Below are positions 35,389 through 45,984 of a DNA stretch of 64,000 nucleotides, piece after piece; positions within the stretch are counted from its first letter, which is position 1; the number at the start of each line of letters is the position of its first letter. The notes beneath the pieces are model-generated. The model was not told the DNA's origin and did no database searches. It saw nothing but the letters and a program-made list of their open reading frames with translations. This stretch comes from a virus: the IMG/VR virus record IMGVR_UViG_3300005831_000023; one strand, 5' to 3'. The position numbers were made by a program, and so were the translations under genes.

Positions 35389-38300
35389 TTATTTATAAAT
35401 ACCTACTTTATTTAGTTCTCTTCTCATATCGCTTATGACTTGAACGCTAGCACCCTTAATTTGGCTCACAACGTCATTTGTTGCATTTCCTTGTATATTA
35501 ATGCTTAAATTAATATCACCTAAATTAGTGCCTTTATTGCCCAATACAGAGGTCATGTTATTTGACATATTTCTTACAAGATTATACATTTGTGAATTAG
35601 TTAATACCCATTCTGGATCATTGCTAGAACCATGCAATAAGTAAGTTCCAGTTTTGTTAATCAACCCACCATTAATACCATTAGCATATGATCCACTAAT
35701 CTTATATTGTGCTGGTATAGTATTCTCATACAATCTTTTCCAGTTTTCATTAGAATATATTTTAGCAGCTCTTTTCTCCTGTATAGCTACAACCATAGGG
35801 TCGTTTTCAGTATAGCCTTGGTTATATGCATCTCTAAGCATTTGAGAATAATCTATACTAGAATCAAAGTACATTCTTTCATAATCTCTTTTAGTATACT
35901 TTGTTGGCTTTGGAGCGTTTATTTCTGCTTTATCCAGTTCAACATTTGCTTGATTTATACCTGTTGTAATCTTAGATTGTCTATACTTCTCTGGTATAAA
36001 TTGTTCATATAAAGCTGTTAACTTAGGATCAGAATAAATTTTAGCAGCTTGTTTCTTTCTAAGTTCAACAATTTCTGGCGAATCTTCTGTTAATCCCTGT
36101 GCCTTATATTCATTGATTTTAGCTGAATAATCAAAGTCTTTATTGAACTCAGCTTGAGAATAATCAATATTATTTATACCGCTCTCAATATCCCTTAATG
36201 CTTGTACAGCTCTAAGTAAATCTGGAAGAATTTCATCTTTAAACTTTTTAGCAAAATCACCAACAACATTACCAAACTTTAATTCATATGATTCAAATGT
36301 ACCAAAAAAGTCACTAGTAGCCACATCAAGTTCTTTAAACAATTCTGGGAACTTAAGTCTAATCTTATCAAAAGATTGGTCTATTAATATATCATGAGCA
36401 ATTAATCTTTTATTTGACTCACTAAATTCTTCATCCAGTGCATTAATAGCATTTTCCTTCTCTTTAGCCTTTGAATCCTTCTGATCTTCTAAACCTTGTT
36501 TAATCAAATCCCTATTTCTTTTAGTTTTCATATCATTTATTTTTTCATTTTGTTCATTTAACTTTTCTTCAAGTTCTATAGTTCTTTGATATCCTACAAG
36601 ACTAGTATCATACTTATAGCCATTAATCTTATCTTGAATTTCCTGTTTAATTTTAAGTTCTTTTTTAAGATCTTTTTCATAATCAGTAGCATCATTTTCT
36701 TTATCACGAGCTTTAATTTTTTCATCTATAAAGTCATTAAAATCATCAAGTTCTTTATCAAGAGCCTTCTTCCTAAGCTCTACACCTTTATCAATAATAG
36801 CAATGATTCTACTTTCAGCATCAGCAAGAGCAGTTTCATTAGCATCTATTTCTTGATTCTTAAGGTCATTTAAACTAGCTATCTCTTCTTTTATTTTGTC
36901 TACTAATTCTAACTTTTTCTTAATGAAAGTTGCATTTTTAGTTATGTTTTCATCAGTAATACTATTTAATTCATTTAATAAAGAAGTCTCTCTTTTAATT
37001 TCATTTTGATACAATTCTGATTTTTGAGCTAAAATTTCATATTGTTTAGTCTTATCTTTATTTGCTATTCTTAATTCATAATCTAAGTCTTTTAAAGCTT
37101 TTTCAAATACTAGTATCGATGATTCTACTCCATCAAATTTCTTAGCAACTTCAATATCTGTAATTTCTAATAGATTTTTATTGATACCAGAAACTATACC
37201 AGAAAAATCGATATCTGTTTGTGATATATCTTTGGCTAAATCAGTATATCTATTAAATAGATTTTTAACCTCAGTATAATCGTTGTTAGCTCTATTATAT
37301 TCTTCATCAGAAGCTCCAACTCTAGCATTTACATAATCAACATATTCCTGTAGTTTTTCAGTACCATTAGTAATTACACCCTCTTCATCAAATGCAAAAC
37401 CTTTATCAGATAGTTTATTTTTTAATTCACTTTGCTCAACTTTTTCCTCAGTTACAATATCGCTTAAAATAACTTTTTTACGCTCAAGAAGCTCGTTCTC
37501 TCTTTCTAATGACTCTATTTTCTTGTCATAGTCATTATCAGCTAATCCATCAAATAAAGCCTGTTCCTTAGCAAGTAGCTCATTTATGTTGTTTAGTTTA
37601 GATGTTAAATCTTGATATCTAGCATCTTCTAATATTTTGTTTGATAATGATTTGCTGTCTCTACTTCCATCATCATCCTTATTGCCTCTCAAGCCTTTAA
37701 CATACTTTGCTAAATCTTCCTTACCAATTGTGTCTAATTGAGATTTAAGTTGTTTAATTCTAAGCACATGATTGTAAATATCTGTAGTAGTTTTTGATAC
37801 TGCTAATTCTGCTTCTAAAGCATCACCGACCGCTCTAATAATTGGATTATCAGAAGCCTTATATTCTTTGGCTAAACGTTCATTGTCCTTAGTTGATTCT
37901 TTCCTCGCTGCTTCTAACTCTCCTAAAGATTCAATATCCATACCTCTTAAATCAAGAATTTTATATAAAGCATCTGTCTCAGCATTAACCTCTTGAAGTC
38001 TATGGCTTATTACTGCTAATGTCTTCTCTTTATCGGCTTTAAATACTTCATTTAAAGACTCTTTCTCAATTGTTAAGAACTCGCCTTGTTCTTTAATCTT
38101 ATCAGACAATTGTGGATATAATTCAACTAACTCAGAAATAGTTTGACCACTAAGATGACCAGTATCCTCGATTTCTTTATATGCATTAGCTAAGTCTTTC
38201 TCATTTTTTATAAAACTCTCTACTGATCTTTTTGCAATATCATTTTGCTCATTAAAATATTGCATACCCTCAGTAGCCTTCTTTGATCCAGACATAATTT

Positions 38301-41300
38301 CATTGAAAAAATTATTTACTAAATCAAAATATATTCCACCGTCTTTATTTGTATCTAATAAATTTAACCATTCATCCTTATAACTCATTAAATTAGCATA
38401 TTCAATCTTGAGTTCATATGGTTTCATGGTTTGCATTTTTTTAAGTCTTTGTTCTACAAAATCGAATTGAACTTTATATTTGTTTCTAAAAGCGTCTCCT
38501 TTTGATGATTCTAACAAATTTTTCAATGCCTTTTCATAATTTTTAACAACATCTATAATAGATTGGTATTCGCTTTTAAATTCAACTAGTTTAATAGATG
38601 AATCAGAAATTAATTGATTTAACCAGTCAAAACTTTCTTTTTGTTTTTTATCCATTGATCCATAAGCTTCGGTTAAAGCTTTTACAGTTGAAGTCAATGC
38701 TATCAACTGTTCTTCTTTATTTCCTTGAAAAGATATTCCAGAAATTTGATCTACTGTAACATTATCAATTTCTTTTAATATGTCCCTAACTTTCTCGATT
38801 TTAGATATAGAATCATAAAAACTATCTGTTTTTTTACCAGAATATTTTTGAACGTCTTTTGTTATACCAGAAATTATAGCATCCTCTATACTTGCATTAG
38901 GATCTTTATTAGTCAATACAGAACCTACACTTACAGCATCTTTTTTATTATAAGTCTCTTTAGCATCTGCTATATTTTTTCCAGCAGTTGCGAGAAAATC
39001 TTCTTCTTTAGCCTTTTTAACCTTTTCAATTAAATCAAGTTGTTCTTTTAATGATTTGTTCTGGAAATCTAAACTACCAGTAGTAATACCAAGTTGTTGT
39101 TGTAACTGCTTTTCAATATTAGTCATTTCCATTTTTGTAACAGCAGCATCTTGAATAACTAATTTGTTGTTATAGTAACTTTCTGTCAAGTCTTCTAAAG
39201 AACTAGTGTATGTTTTATAAGTATTTAAGCTCTGCTCCAATTCTGAATTTACTTCTTTAGACTTTTCTTTAAAAAATCCTAAAGCCTCTACAACTGCCCA
39301 AATCACAACAGCAACAGTGCCTATAATTCCAGCCTTAGAAGCAAATGTGCCAACAGCACTAGAACGATTCGCTGCAAGTTGACCGACTGCTACCGCTTCA
39401 CTTAAAGCAATTCTCTCTCTATCTGTAGCCATATCTACACGTTTTAATGCTGTAGTTCGAGCTAATACAGCTTGATATTCTACTTCTGTCAAGACTCCAT
39501 TTTGATACATTGCATTAACATATCTTTGAGCTTCTGCAACTCCAAACATAGCAGTTCTTTGTTTAAACATAGCAGAAGTAGCGAATTGAATATTAAATGC
39601 CATAGATGTAAATATATTGCCTAAAGTAGATATACCAAATGTTTTAAGTATTAAATTTAATCCTTGTAAAGCTAATCCTAATTCGATTGCATACATCAAC
39701 ACGGATTTTATTGGAGTAGGCAATGATCCCAACACATTTGCAACATTAGTCATAAGTTCTACAAATGTTTTTAACTGGTCTAATAATCCAGATTGACCAA
39801 TAGAGATAGCTAACTCAGAAAAAGCAACCTTTAATACTTCAACTTTTTTAGCGTATGTTTCCATTATCTTAGCATTTTCTATAACAGAATATGAAGTAGC
39901 TGGATCGAGTGAATTAGCTCCAATTTCTTTAGCTTCGGATCTAATTTTACCGAGTTGATCCCACGAATCGGCGAGCAAAGAAACCCAGTTCTTTCTCCAA
40001 GCGCCTCCTAATTTATCCAATATATCGTTACTTGCTTGAGATTCATCTCCAAACTCTTTAAGCTTAACAGATACTTGAGACATAATATCTTTGAAGCCAT
40101 AAAATTCAGTCTCATTCTTTTTAATTGTTATTCCATATTTCTCTAAAGCTTTGATAGTTTCTGGTCTATATGCATAAGATTCCAAAGTTTTCAAGGCATT
40201 TCCAATTTCATTCCCCGAAGTTGCGGTGCGCTCCCCTAATAATACAACGAGCGAGTTTATGTCTTCGAGGTCTAATCCCAGCTTTTTAGAGCTTGCACCA
40301 GCCTTGGATATAGCCTCAGCAAAGTCTTTTGAACTTACAGCATATCTATCAGCTAATCCATTCCATTCATCAATAATACGATTACTGTCACTAAACTGTA
40401 ACCCTAATTGTTTTACAGTTGAAACAAGATATTTAACCATTTCAGCGCTATCTTTGATTTCTGTAGTATTTACACCAAGTAAAACAGATTCAGTCATTTG
40501 TTTTAAAGTGCTTGGGTCATTAATACCAGCCTTAGCTAAATCAGCCATAGCCTTTTGAGTATCAGATATATTATTACCAAACTTTTTAGATAATTCAATA
40601 CTAGCTTGACCAATTTTAGGCATTTCAGATTGAGATAAATTATTCATAACTCTTGTTATGTTTATTAATCCACTTTCGTAATCTGAGTTTACTTTGATCA
40701 AATTAGTCATAGATTGTTGAACATAACCATAAGCAGCTCCAGAAATGGAATACACTAACGAGTTGCTAAACTTATCCATTAATGTAGCTCTTCTGTCTCC
40801 AGAACCCAATACTCCATTGGTTAATGCATTCATTTTTTGAGATATATCATATTGCCTTCTCATTTGTTCAAGCTCAGCATTAGCACTTATATTTGAATTT
40901 AATTGAGCATTTGAGTATCTACTTCTTTGAGTAATTAAATCAGATAACTGTCTACGTTCTATATCAGTAGCTTCATTGAGGTTTTCTTTCTGCTCTATAA
41001 TGCTAGTTAATATGTTGATTTGCTGTGAAAGCTCTCTGTTTAAAGCATCAACAGCAGAAGCATATTCAGAAGTTCCCTTGGTTGATGATTTAACTATATT
41101 AGTATATTCTTGAATGGAGCTTTTCAGCATATCAGACTCATATTTTTGTTTTTGAGATCTTTGCATAGAAATTTCTGAACTTTTCAACTGTCTTTGAAGT
41201 AATTCTTCATTATCATCTGTAAGTTTAAAATCGCTAGAATTACGATAAGAAGTAAGCTTTGAATAATATTCTTCTATGGCAACTTTACCTTTTTTAAAAT

Positions 41301-42714
41301 TGCTAATAAGCTCAGTGAATCCTCTATTATAATCATCTAGACCTTGTTTTGCAACAGTTGGTTTATTGAGTAAATTATCAAGAGTTTTAATCTTAGTTTG
41401 AACAGTTGTATATTCATTGGAAGTAAGTTCTAATGTATCTCTAAGTGTAGTTAAATCTCTAATAGTATCTTGTATATTTTTAGTGCTTTTTCTTTCAGAT
41501 GCATCAAGTGAATTATAAGTATTCATTATAGTATTAAGTTGAGTTGTAAAGTTTAATTTATTATATGAATCTATATAACCTTTTCTAGTCTTAACAAGAC
41601 TTCCAGTCTCTTTTTCTTCTAAAACTAGTCTATTTATAATATCATCATATACCTTTTTAATGCTTGTTAAAGCTTCTAGTCTAGATTTATCTGTATTTGC
41701 ATTATTAATTAAATCTTTAGCATTATTAACATTAATTATATCTTGTCTAGTCAATAATTCATTTTGTTTAGACAATTCTGAATTAGCAGCTTTTATAGCA
41801 TTATTAAATTCTTTTTGAAGAGAAACTTTTAAAACAATCTCTTTATCGGATGTTTTTGAAGCATCTATTTGTTTTTTAGAACTTTCGGCAAATGTTAAAA
41901 ACTCGTCAGCTGAGCTTAAACCAGCTTTATATTTAGTTACCATTGCTTTTATATTAGCGCCAAATGAATCCTCTGTAGTACTAGTTGTACCTCTTTTGGT
42001 AAGCTCTTTTTGAAGAGTTGCTATTTCTTTATTTATTGCAATAAACTCTTTAGATGCAGAAGGCAATGTATTACGAAGATCTATAAAATCTTGCATAAAC
42101 CCTTGTAAGGCTTCATCACCATCTTTGAATTCAAGCTTTGCGCTCTGGACACTACTTTTTATCTGGTTAAATGTAGTAGTAACTATTTTGGAGTTAAATT
42201 TTTCTGTCATACTATCTATCATTTTGATTTCTGGAGAATCTTTTGTAAATGCCGAAACACCTTCACTATCTGGTCTTAATGACTTTTCTTTTAAAATTTC
42301 AAATTCCTTTTTTTTGCTTTTGAGAAACTCTATGCTATTCCTATCTTTAGCAGAAGAACTTGCGTATGCATAATCCATTTCTTTAAGTATTTCTTTCAAT
42401 ACCCTTTTTGAATTAAATAGTTCTTGAGTTATTCCGGCAAACTTACCTTCTACATCTTTATCTAAGTCAAACTTCATAGTCTTAGTTGCTAACAATCCAG
42501 TTTTATCAATAAATTTACGATGTTCTATAAATCTACGCTTTTCTTCATCTAAGTATCTTCTAGTTATCATAAATGGTTTTTCAAGGTCTTTTTCATTAAT
42601 TTCTATGTCGACTGATGTTTGTAAGTTTTGAGATGCTAAATGCTTCTTTACAACTTTAATTTTATTTAAAAAATCATCTATGTCTAAACTCAGTTTATGT
42701 TCTAAATTAGCCAT
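35389..42714 (-). CDS. Tape measure protein (2441 aa)
   Basis: Very long, largely alpha-helical/coiled-coil protein with central hydrophobic segments (..IIGTVAVVIWAVVEALGFF..). Position is after the chaperone pair. Confidence 0.9.
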   Translation of the reverse strand: MANLEHKLSLDIDDFLNKIKVVKKHLASQNLQTSVDIEINEKDLEKPFMITRRYLDEEKRRFIEHRKFIDKTGLLATKTMKFDLDKDVEGKFAGITQELFNSKRVLKEILKEMDYAYASSSAKDRNSIEFLKSKKKEFEILKEKSLRPDSEGVSAFTKDSPEIKMIDSMTEKFNSKIVTTTFNQIKSSVQSAKLEFKDGDEALQGFMQDFIDLRNTLPSASKEFIAINKEIATLQKELTKRGTTSTTEDSFGANIKAMVTKYKAGLSSADEFLTFAESSKKQIDASKTSDKEIVLKVSLQKEFNNAIKAANSELSKQNELLTRQDIINVNNAKDLINNANTDKSRLEALTSIKKVYDDIINRLVLEEKETGSLVKTRKGYIDSYNKLNFTTQLNTIMNTYNSLDASERKSTKNIQDTIRDLTTLRDTLELTSNEYTTVQTKIKTLDNLLNKPTVAKQGLDDYNRGFTELISNFKKGKVAIEEYYSKLTSYRNSSDFKLTDDNEELLQRQLKSSEISMQRSQKQKYESDMLKSSIQEYTNIVKSSTKGTSEYASAVDALNRELSQQINILTSIIEQKENLNEATDIERRQLSDLITQRSRYSNAQLNSNISANAELEQMRRQYDISQKMNALTNGVLGSGDRRATLMDKFSNSLVYSISGAAYGYVQQSMTNLIKVNSDYESGLINITRVMNNLSQSEMPKIGQASIELSKKFGNNISDTQKAMADLAKAGINDPSTLKQMTESVLLGVNTTEIKDSAEMVKYLVSTVKQLGLQFSDSNRIIDEWNGLADRYAVSSKDFAEAISKAGASSKKLGLDLEDINSLVVLLGERTATSGNEIGNALKTLESYAYRPETIKALEKYGITIKKNETEFYGFKDIMSQVSVKLKEFGDESQASNDILDKLGGAWRKNWVSLLADSWDQLGKIRSEAKEIGANSLDPATSYSVIENAKIMETYAKKVEVLKVAFSELAISIGQSGLLDQLKTFVELMTNVANVLGSLPTPIKSVLMYAIELGLALQGLNLILKTFGISTLGNIFTSMAFNIQFATSAMFKQRTAMFGVAEAQRYVNAMYQNGVLTEVEYQAVLARTTALKRVDMATDRERIALSEAVAVGQLAANRSSAVGTFASKAGIIGTVAVVIWAVVEALGFFKEKSKEVNSELEQSLNTYKTYTSSLEDLTESYYNNKLVIQDAAVTKMEMTNIEKQLQQQLGITTGSLDFQNKSLKEQLDLIEKVKKAKEEDFLATAGKNIADAKETYNKKDAVSVGSVLTNKDPNASIEDAIISGITKDVQKYSGKKTDSFYDSISKIEKVRDILKEIDNVTVDQISGISFQGNKEEQLIALTSTVKALTEAYGSMDKKQKESFDWLNQLISDSSIKLVEFKSEYQSIIDVVKNYEKALKNLLESSKGDAFRNKYKVQFDFVEQRLKKMQTMKPYELKIEYANLMSYKDEWLNLLDTNKDGGIYFDLVNNFFNEIMSGSKKATEGMQYFNEQNDIAKRSVESFIKNEKDLANAYKEIEDTGHLSGQTISELVELYPQLSDKIKEQGEFLTIEKESLNEVFKADKEKTLAVISHRLQEVNAETDALYKILDLRGMDIESLGELEAARKESTKDNERLAKEYKASDNPIIRAVGDALEAELAVSKTTTDIYNHVLRIKQLKSQLDTIGKEDLAKYVKGLRGNKDDDGSRDSKSLSNKILEDARYQDLTSKLNNINELLAKEQALFDGLADNDYDKKIESLERENELLERKKVILSDIVTEEKVEQSELKNKLSDKGFAFDEEGVITNGTEKLQEYVDYVNARVGASDEEYNRANNDYTEVKNLFNRYTDLAKDISQTDIDFSGIVSGINKNLLEITDIEVAKKFDGVESSILVFEKALKDLDYELRIANKDKTKQYEILAQKSELYQNEIKRETSLLNELNSITDENITKNATFIKKKLELVDKIKEEIASLNDLKNQEIDANETALADAESRIIAIIDKGVELRKKALDKELDDFNDFIDEKIKARDKENDATDYEKDLKKELKIKQEIQDKINGYKYDTSLVGYQRTIELEEKLNEQNEKINDMKTKRNRDLIKQGLEDQKDSKAKEKENAINALDEEFSESNKRLIAHDILIDQSFDKIRLKFPELFKELDVATSDFFGTFESYELKFGNVVGDFAKKFKDEILPDLLRAVQALRDIESGINNIDYSQAEFNKDFDYSAKINEYKAQGLTEDSPEIVELRKKQAAKIYSDPKLTALYEQFIPEKYRQSKITTGINQANVELDKAEINAPKPTKYTKRDYERMYFDSSIDYSQMLRDAYNQGYTENDPMVVAIQEKRAAKIYSNENWKRLYENTIPAQYKISGSYANGINGGLINKTGTYLLHGSSNDPEWVLTNSQMYNLVRNMSNNMTSVLGNKGTNLGDINLSINIQGNATNDVVSQIKGASVQVISDMRRELNKVGIYK

Positions 42715-42743
42715 TAAATCATTCCTTTCTATCCTTATATGTA

Positions 42744-42772
42744 AATAAAAAAAGTGACCCTAAAAGCCACTT
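42744..42772 (-). terminator. Terminator-like hairpin about 30 nt upstream of the tape measure start
   Basis: Minus strand AAGTGGC-TTTTAGG-GTCACTT followed by TTTTTTTATTT. Lies in a 237-nt gap between the chaperone ORF and the tape measure gene. Confidence 0.35.
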
Positions 42773-42951
42773 AAAATTAAATAAAACAAATATATTAAAT
42801 TAAACATAACAAAAGTATTTATAATATAAATCAAGCATATTCTATATAAAATATCTTGACAATCTAATTGAAATTGAGAGTCTATAAATAAGTACGACAT
42901 AAAACAAGTTCCGTATATTATATTGAATATAATTCCAGTCATAATATCAAC

Positions 42952-43170
42952 TCATTCTTTATTATTTAGTATTCCAAAACCTCTAAGAGTATTCATTGTT
43001 ACTTTTTGAGGCTTAGGAGCTACTTCTTTAACAATCATAGGATTTTTAAGAGCTATACCTTTAACTCCTTCTTCATCGAGATAATCCCTGCTAAGTAATG
43101 CTATATTAAATTGCCAATCAAATTTATATGATATCTCTTTAATTAATGTTTTGTAGAATGGATAAGTCAT
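42952..43170 (-). CDS. Tail assembly chaperone, downstream (T-like) frame; probably expressed as a -1 frameshift extension of the upstream ORF
   Basis: This frame stays open upstream of its ATG and overlaps the end of 43230-43664 in the -1 frame. An A-run slip site lies at 43264-43271. Confidence 0.55.
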   Translation of the reverse strand: MTYPFYKTLIKEISYKFDWQFNIALLSRDYLDEEGVKGIALKNPMIVKEVAPKPQKVTMNTLRGFGILNNKE

Positions 43171-43229
43171 GTTATCTAATTGATATTCTGTATATCCAGT
43201 TTCTAAAGCAATAATACCTAACGACCTAT

Positions 43230-43664
43230 CTAAACTGAGTCCTTCTTCGCCTCCATTCGCTTCATTTTTTCTAAAAAATCTTCATCTTTTATACCATTCA
43301 TATTATTAGCAATAGTTATAATATCTAATAAATTTTGAGTGGTTAAATTATCTATAAAATCCTGCGTTGGTTCTTTATCAAATACAGCTGTCAAGTATTT
43401 ATTTAGTATACTATCTCCATCTTCATATCTCAATATTTCAGATACACCTATTGTTTTAATTATCATAAAACTATTATAGTCACCAGACTTGAAATATTTG
43501 ATCTTAGTAGCCTTAATAGTGATTATACCTATACCATCCACTTCAATTTGATTATTCTCTAATTTAGGCTTTTTAACGTTTGTAGAGGTATCTATATCTT
43601 CTTTCATTGTGTCAAAGCTTTCTGTAGCTTTTAATAACATTTCTCTTTCAACTTTATTGCTCAT
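43230..43664 (-). CDS. Tail assembly chaperone (G-like)
   Basis: 144-aa acidic protein upstream of the tape measure gene. Confidence 0.6.
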   Translation of the reverse strand: MSNKVEREMLLKATESFDTMKEDIDTSTNVKKPKLENNQIEVDGIGIITIKATKIKYFKSGDYNSFMIIKTIGVSEILRYEDGDSILNKYLTAVFDKEPTQDFIDNLTTQNLLDIITIANNMNGIKDEDFLEKMKRMEAKKDSV

Positions 43665-44544
43665 TAAAGTATCTCCTATCGTTTGTTAGTAAAGGCTCAT
43701 CACCTTTTTTAAGTTTAGGACATAGATGTAAGTTAGGCTTAACAACGTTATCTATATATTTATACTGATAAACTAAAATATTGCCATTTCTAATACATGG
43801 ATTTTGACAGCAATTATCAATACAATATTGTTGGTATTCACACATTATATGATCCTGGAATAAAGAAGTATCAACATACAATTTAAACCCATTCTCTTTG
43901 GCGCTTAAACAAAATGGTATATCTTCGCCAAATTCATGAAAATCATATCTGCATTTTGTATATGCATTCTTACTTATTAGGTACACTGCTCCAGTGTAAT
44001 CACATTCTACAATTGAGTTAAGTGGAAATTCATAAAAATGTGATATTGAGTTATATCTATTATTTATCAATACATTAGTTCTTATATGTGGATATTCTCT
44101 ATAAGGTTGGAGTATACTATCATTATTGATTAAGCAAGCAATTATATCTTTTTTACTTTTTAACAACTTTTTAAGTGTATTAGGAACTAAAATAATATCG
44201 CTATCAACGCTTAAAAAATAATCAGTATCTAAATTTTCTAAGATATGGTTTCTAAGAAGTGTTAATCTTCTATACGTTTCATTTCTATAAGTATCTAATC
44301 GCTTGTCTTTAAAAGCTGGAAGTTTATACTTCTCAAGTTTAATTTCTAGATATTCTTTATCATGAATTGATTTAAATCTTCTTAAAGTAGAATCAGTTCC
44401 ATCTTGACAGTTATTAATTAAGAAATATAGTTTAATTTTATCCTTGGGATAATCTAGATTATAGATAGCTTCTAAATATCTATCTATTAAATATTCTCTA
44501 TTAGATATTGGACATCCAATTGTTATAGTACGCAAATCAATCAC
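43654..44544 (-). CDS. Glycosyltransferase, family 2 (GT-A fold)
   Basis: N terminus ITIGCPISNREYLIDRYLEAIYNLDYPKDKIKLYFLINNCQDGT and a DSD motif (SVDSDIILV). Overlaps the chaperone gene start by 11 nt. Confidence 0.75.
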   Translation of the reverse strand: MIDLRTITIGCPISNREYLIDRYLEAIYNLDYPKDKIKLYFLINNCQDGTDSTLRRFKSIHDKEYLEIKLEKYKLPAFKDKRLDTYRNETYRRLTLLRNHILENLDTDYFLSVDSDIILVPNTLKKLLKSKKDIIACLINNDSILQPYREYPHIRTNVLINNRYNSISHFYEFPLNSIVECDYTGAVYLISKNAYTKCRYDFHEFGEDIPFCLSAKENGFKLYVDTSLFQDHIMCEYQQYCIDNCCQNPCIRNGNILVYQYKYIDNVVKPNLHLCPKLKKGDEPLLTNDRRYFNEQ

Positions 44545-44611
44545 CTCGTATTAGTGTCTAATTTGCTTTATATGGATTTGTTTAAAAAGACATGTAATTA
44601 TAGCTTAAAAC

Positions 44612-44660
44612 TAAATAAGAGGCTTATAAGGCATCTAGACGTCAAATAAGCCTATATATA
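44612..44660 (+). repeat. Short copy of the rep-proximal repeat family
   Basis: TAAATAAGAGGCTTATAAGGCATCTAGACGTCAAATAAGCCTATATATATC shares AGAGGCT, TAAG, ATCTAGA and GACGTCAAAT(A/T)AG(C/A)C..TATAT blocks, in the same order and orientation, with unit 13495-13612. Confidence 0.55.
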
Positions 44661-45284
44661 TCATTGTATAACGAATAATGCATTTCCCATTCCAAGATAG
44701 TTATATTCATTATCATCATGAATTAATGTAAATCCATTTTTCTCTAAGAATTTAGTATAGTCTTCAAATAGACATAGACCAGTGTAGCGCTCTTTTATAG
44801 AGTACTCAGTATATATAAGCTTAATTTGTTTTATAGCTATTCTAGATGCGCTAAGGACGTTATACTCATTGCCTTCCATATCAAACCAACAAACTATATC
44901 TCCAGTTATTTTGTTATTCTTAACAAACTTGTCTAAAGTAATAGTTTCAACAGTTTGTTTAGTTTTAAAATATACATCTGGATGAATAGTCAAATGTTCC
45001 TTTGGTTCTAACAAAGTATCTGATCCAGTTGTATTTCCAGAACTTACAAACATCTCAGAAGTACCATTCTTGTTGTGCAATGCAAGATTAAACAACTTAA
45101 CATTAGCTAGGTCTTTAGTTCTATCAGTTAACTCAGCAAAATGATGAGTAATAGGTTCTATTCCATACACAATTCCATTAGAAAATACATTGCTTAATTG
45201 AACTGTATCAAAACCTTTATTAGCTCCTGCATCAATTACTGTAGCATTATTTCCAACATACTTAAGAAAATCAAGTTTGTTCAT
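44661..45284 (-). CDS. FkbM-family SAM-dependent methyltransferase
   Basis: VIDAGANKGFDT (SAM-binding Gly-rich motif). LDKFV..I..DIVCWFDMEGNEYNVL is typical of FkbM-type methyltransferases. Confidence 0.7.
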   Translation of the reverse strand: MNKLDFLKYVGNNATVIDAGANKGFDTVQLSNVFSNGIVYGIEPITHHFAELTDRTKDLANVKLFNLALHNKNGTSEMFVSSGNTTGSDTLLEPKEHLTIHPDVYFKTKQTVETITLDKFVKNNKITGDIVCWFDMEGNEYNVLSASRIAIKQIKLIYTEYSIKERYTGLCLFEDYTKFLEKNGFTLIHDDNEYNYLGMGNALFVIQ

Positions 45285-45285
45285 A

Positions 45286-45984
45286 TCACAACTCCTTTAT
45301 TTTTATTCTTTCTAATACATTCAAGCTAAGTCTTTTAACAAAATTATCATGGTCATTTTCCCAGTTTATATGATAAGCTTCATCATTTGAATCTTTACTT
45401 CTTTTGCCAAGCACAAAATGTCTATGCTCAAATAATGTATTATCATTAATTCTATTATCTTTTAAGACACCTAAATCTCTAACATTAAAGTAAAGCTCGG
45501 TATCACTAAACATATGAGTATATGAAGGATGATAGATGGCTTTGTTTAATAACTTAAGACACTTAAAAGTCATTATTGGAATTGTAATAGATGGTCTATA
45601 TCCAAGATTATATGGATCTTGATACCCATCATTAACAAATAAACATCCAGCAAAGTCATTAAATTGGTCAAATAAATATAAATCCCAGTCAATTGGTGCG
45701 AAAAAATCGTCGGAACTCAATATTATAATATCATTATCATTAGCATCTAAATTAGAAGTTAAGTAATAAGTTGGATATACAACACCTCTAGTTCCATTGT
45801 CTGCAACGAATACTTCACAGTTAGATATATTATAACTATCTATTATTGATTTTTGAGAATCATTCGATACAGCTACTTTTAATATAATATTATCAATATT
45901 ACTACATTTAGATTTCCAGTCATTATATGTATCATAAAACATTTGTGGTCTTACAGTTGACCAAAGTAAATATATATTCATCAC
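45286..45984 (-). CDS. Hypothetical protein in the glycosylation cluster (possible glycosyltransferase)
   Basis: Operon context. IIILSSDDFFAP could be a DxD-like motif. No secure family assignment. Confidence 0.6.
   Translation of the reverse strand: MMNIYLLWSTVRPQMFYDTYNDWKSKCSNIDNIILKVAVSNDSQKSIIDSYNISNCEVFVADNGTRGVVYPTYYLTSNLDANDNDIIILSSDDFFAPIDWDLYLFDQFNDFAGCLFVNDGYQDPYNLGYRPSITIPIMTFKCLKLLNKAIYHPSYTHMFSDTELYFNVRDLGVLKDNRINDNTLFEHRHFVLGKRSKDSNDEAYHINWENDHDNFVKRLSLNVLERIKIKEL

Noticed and set aside
42760-42942. 60-aa hydrophobic ORF between the chaperone and tape measure genes
   Set aside because: The Ile/Phe/Leu/Tyr-rich sequence is what AT-rich non-coding DNA yields. No clear SD, and its end overlaps a terminator-like hairpin. 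It is kept only as a remote possibility of a small membrane protein.
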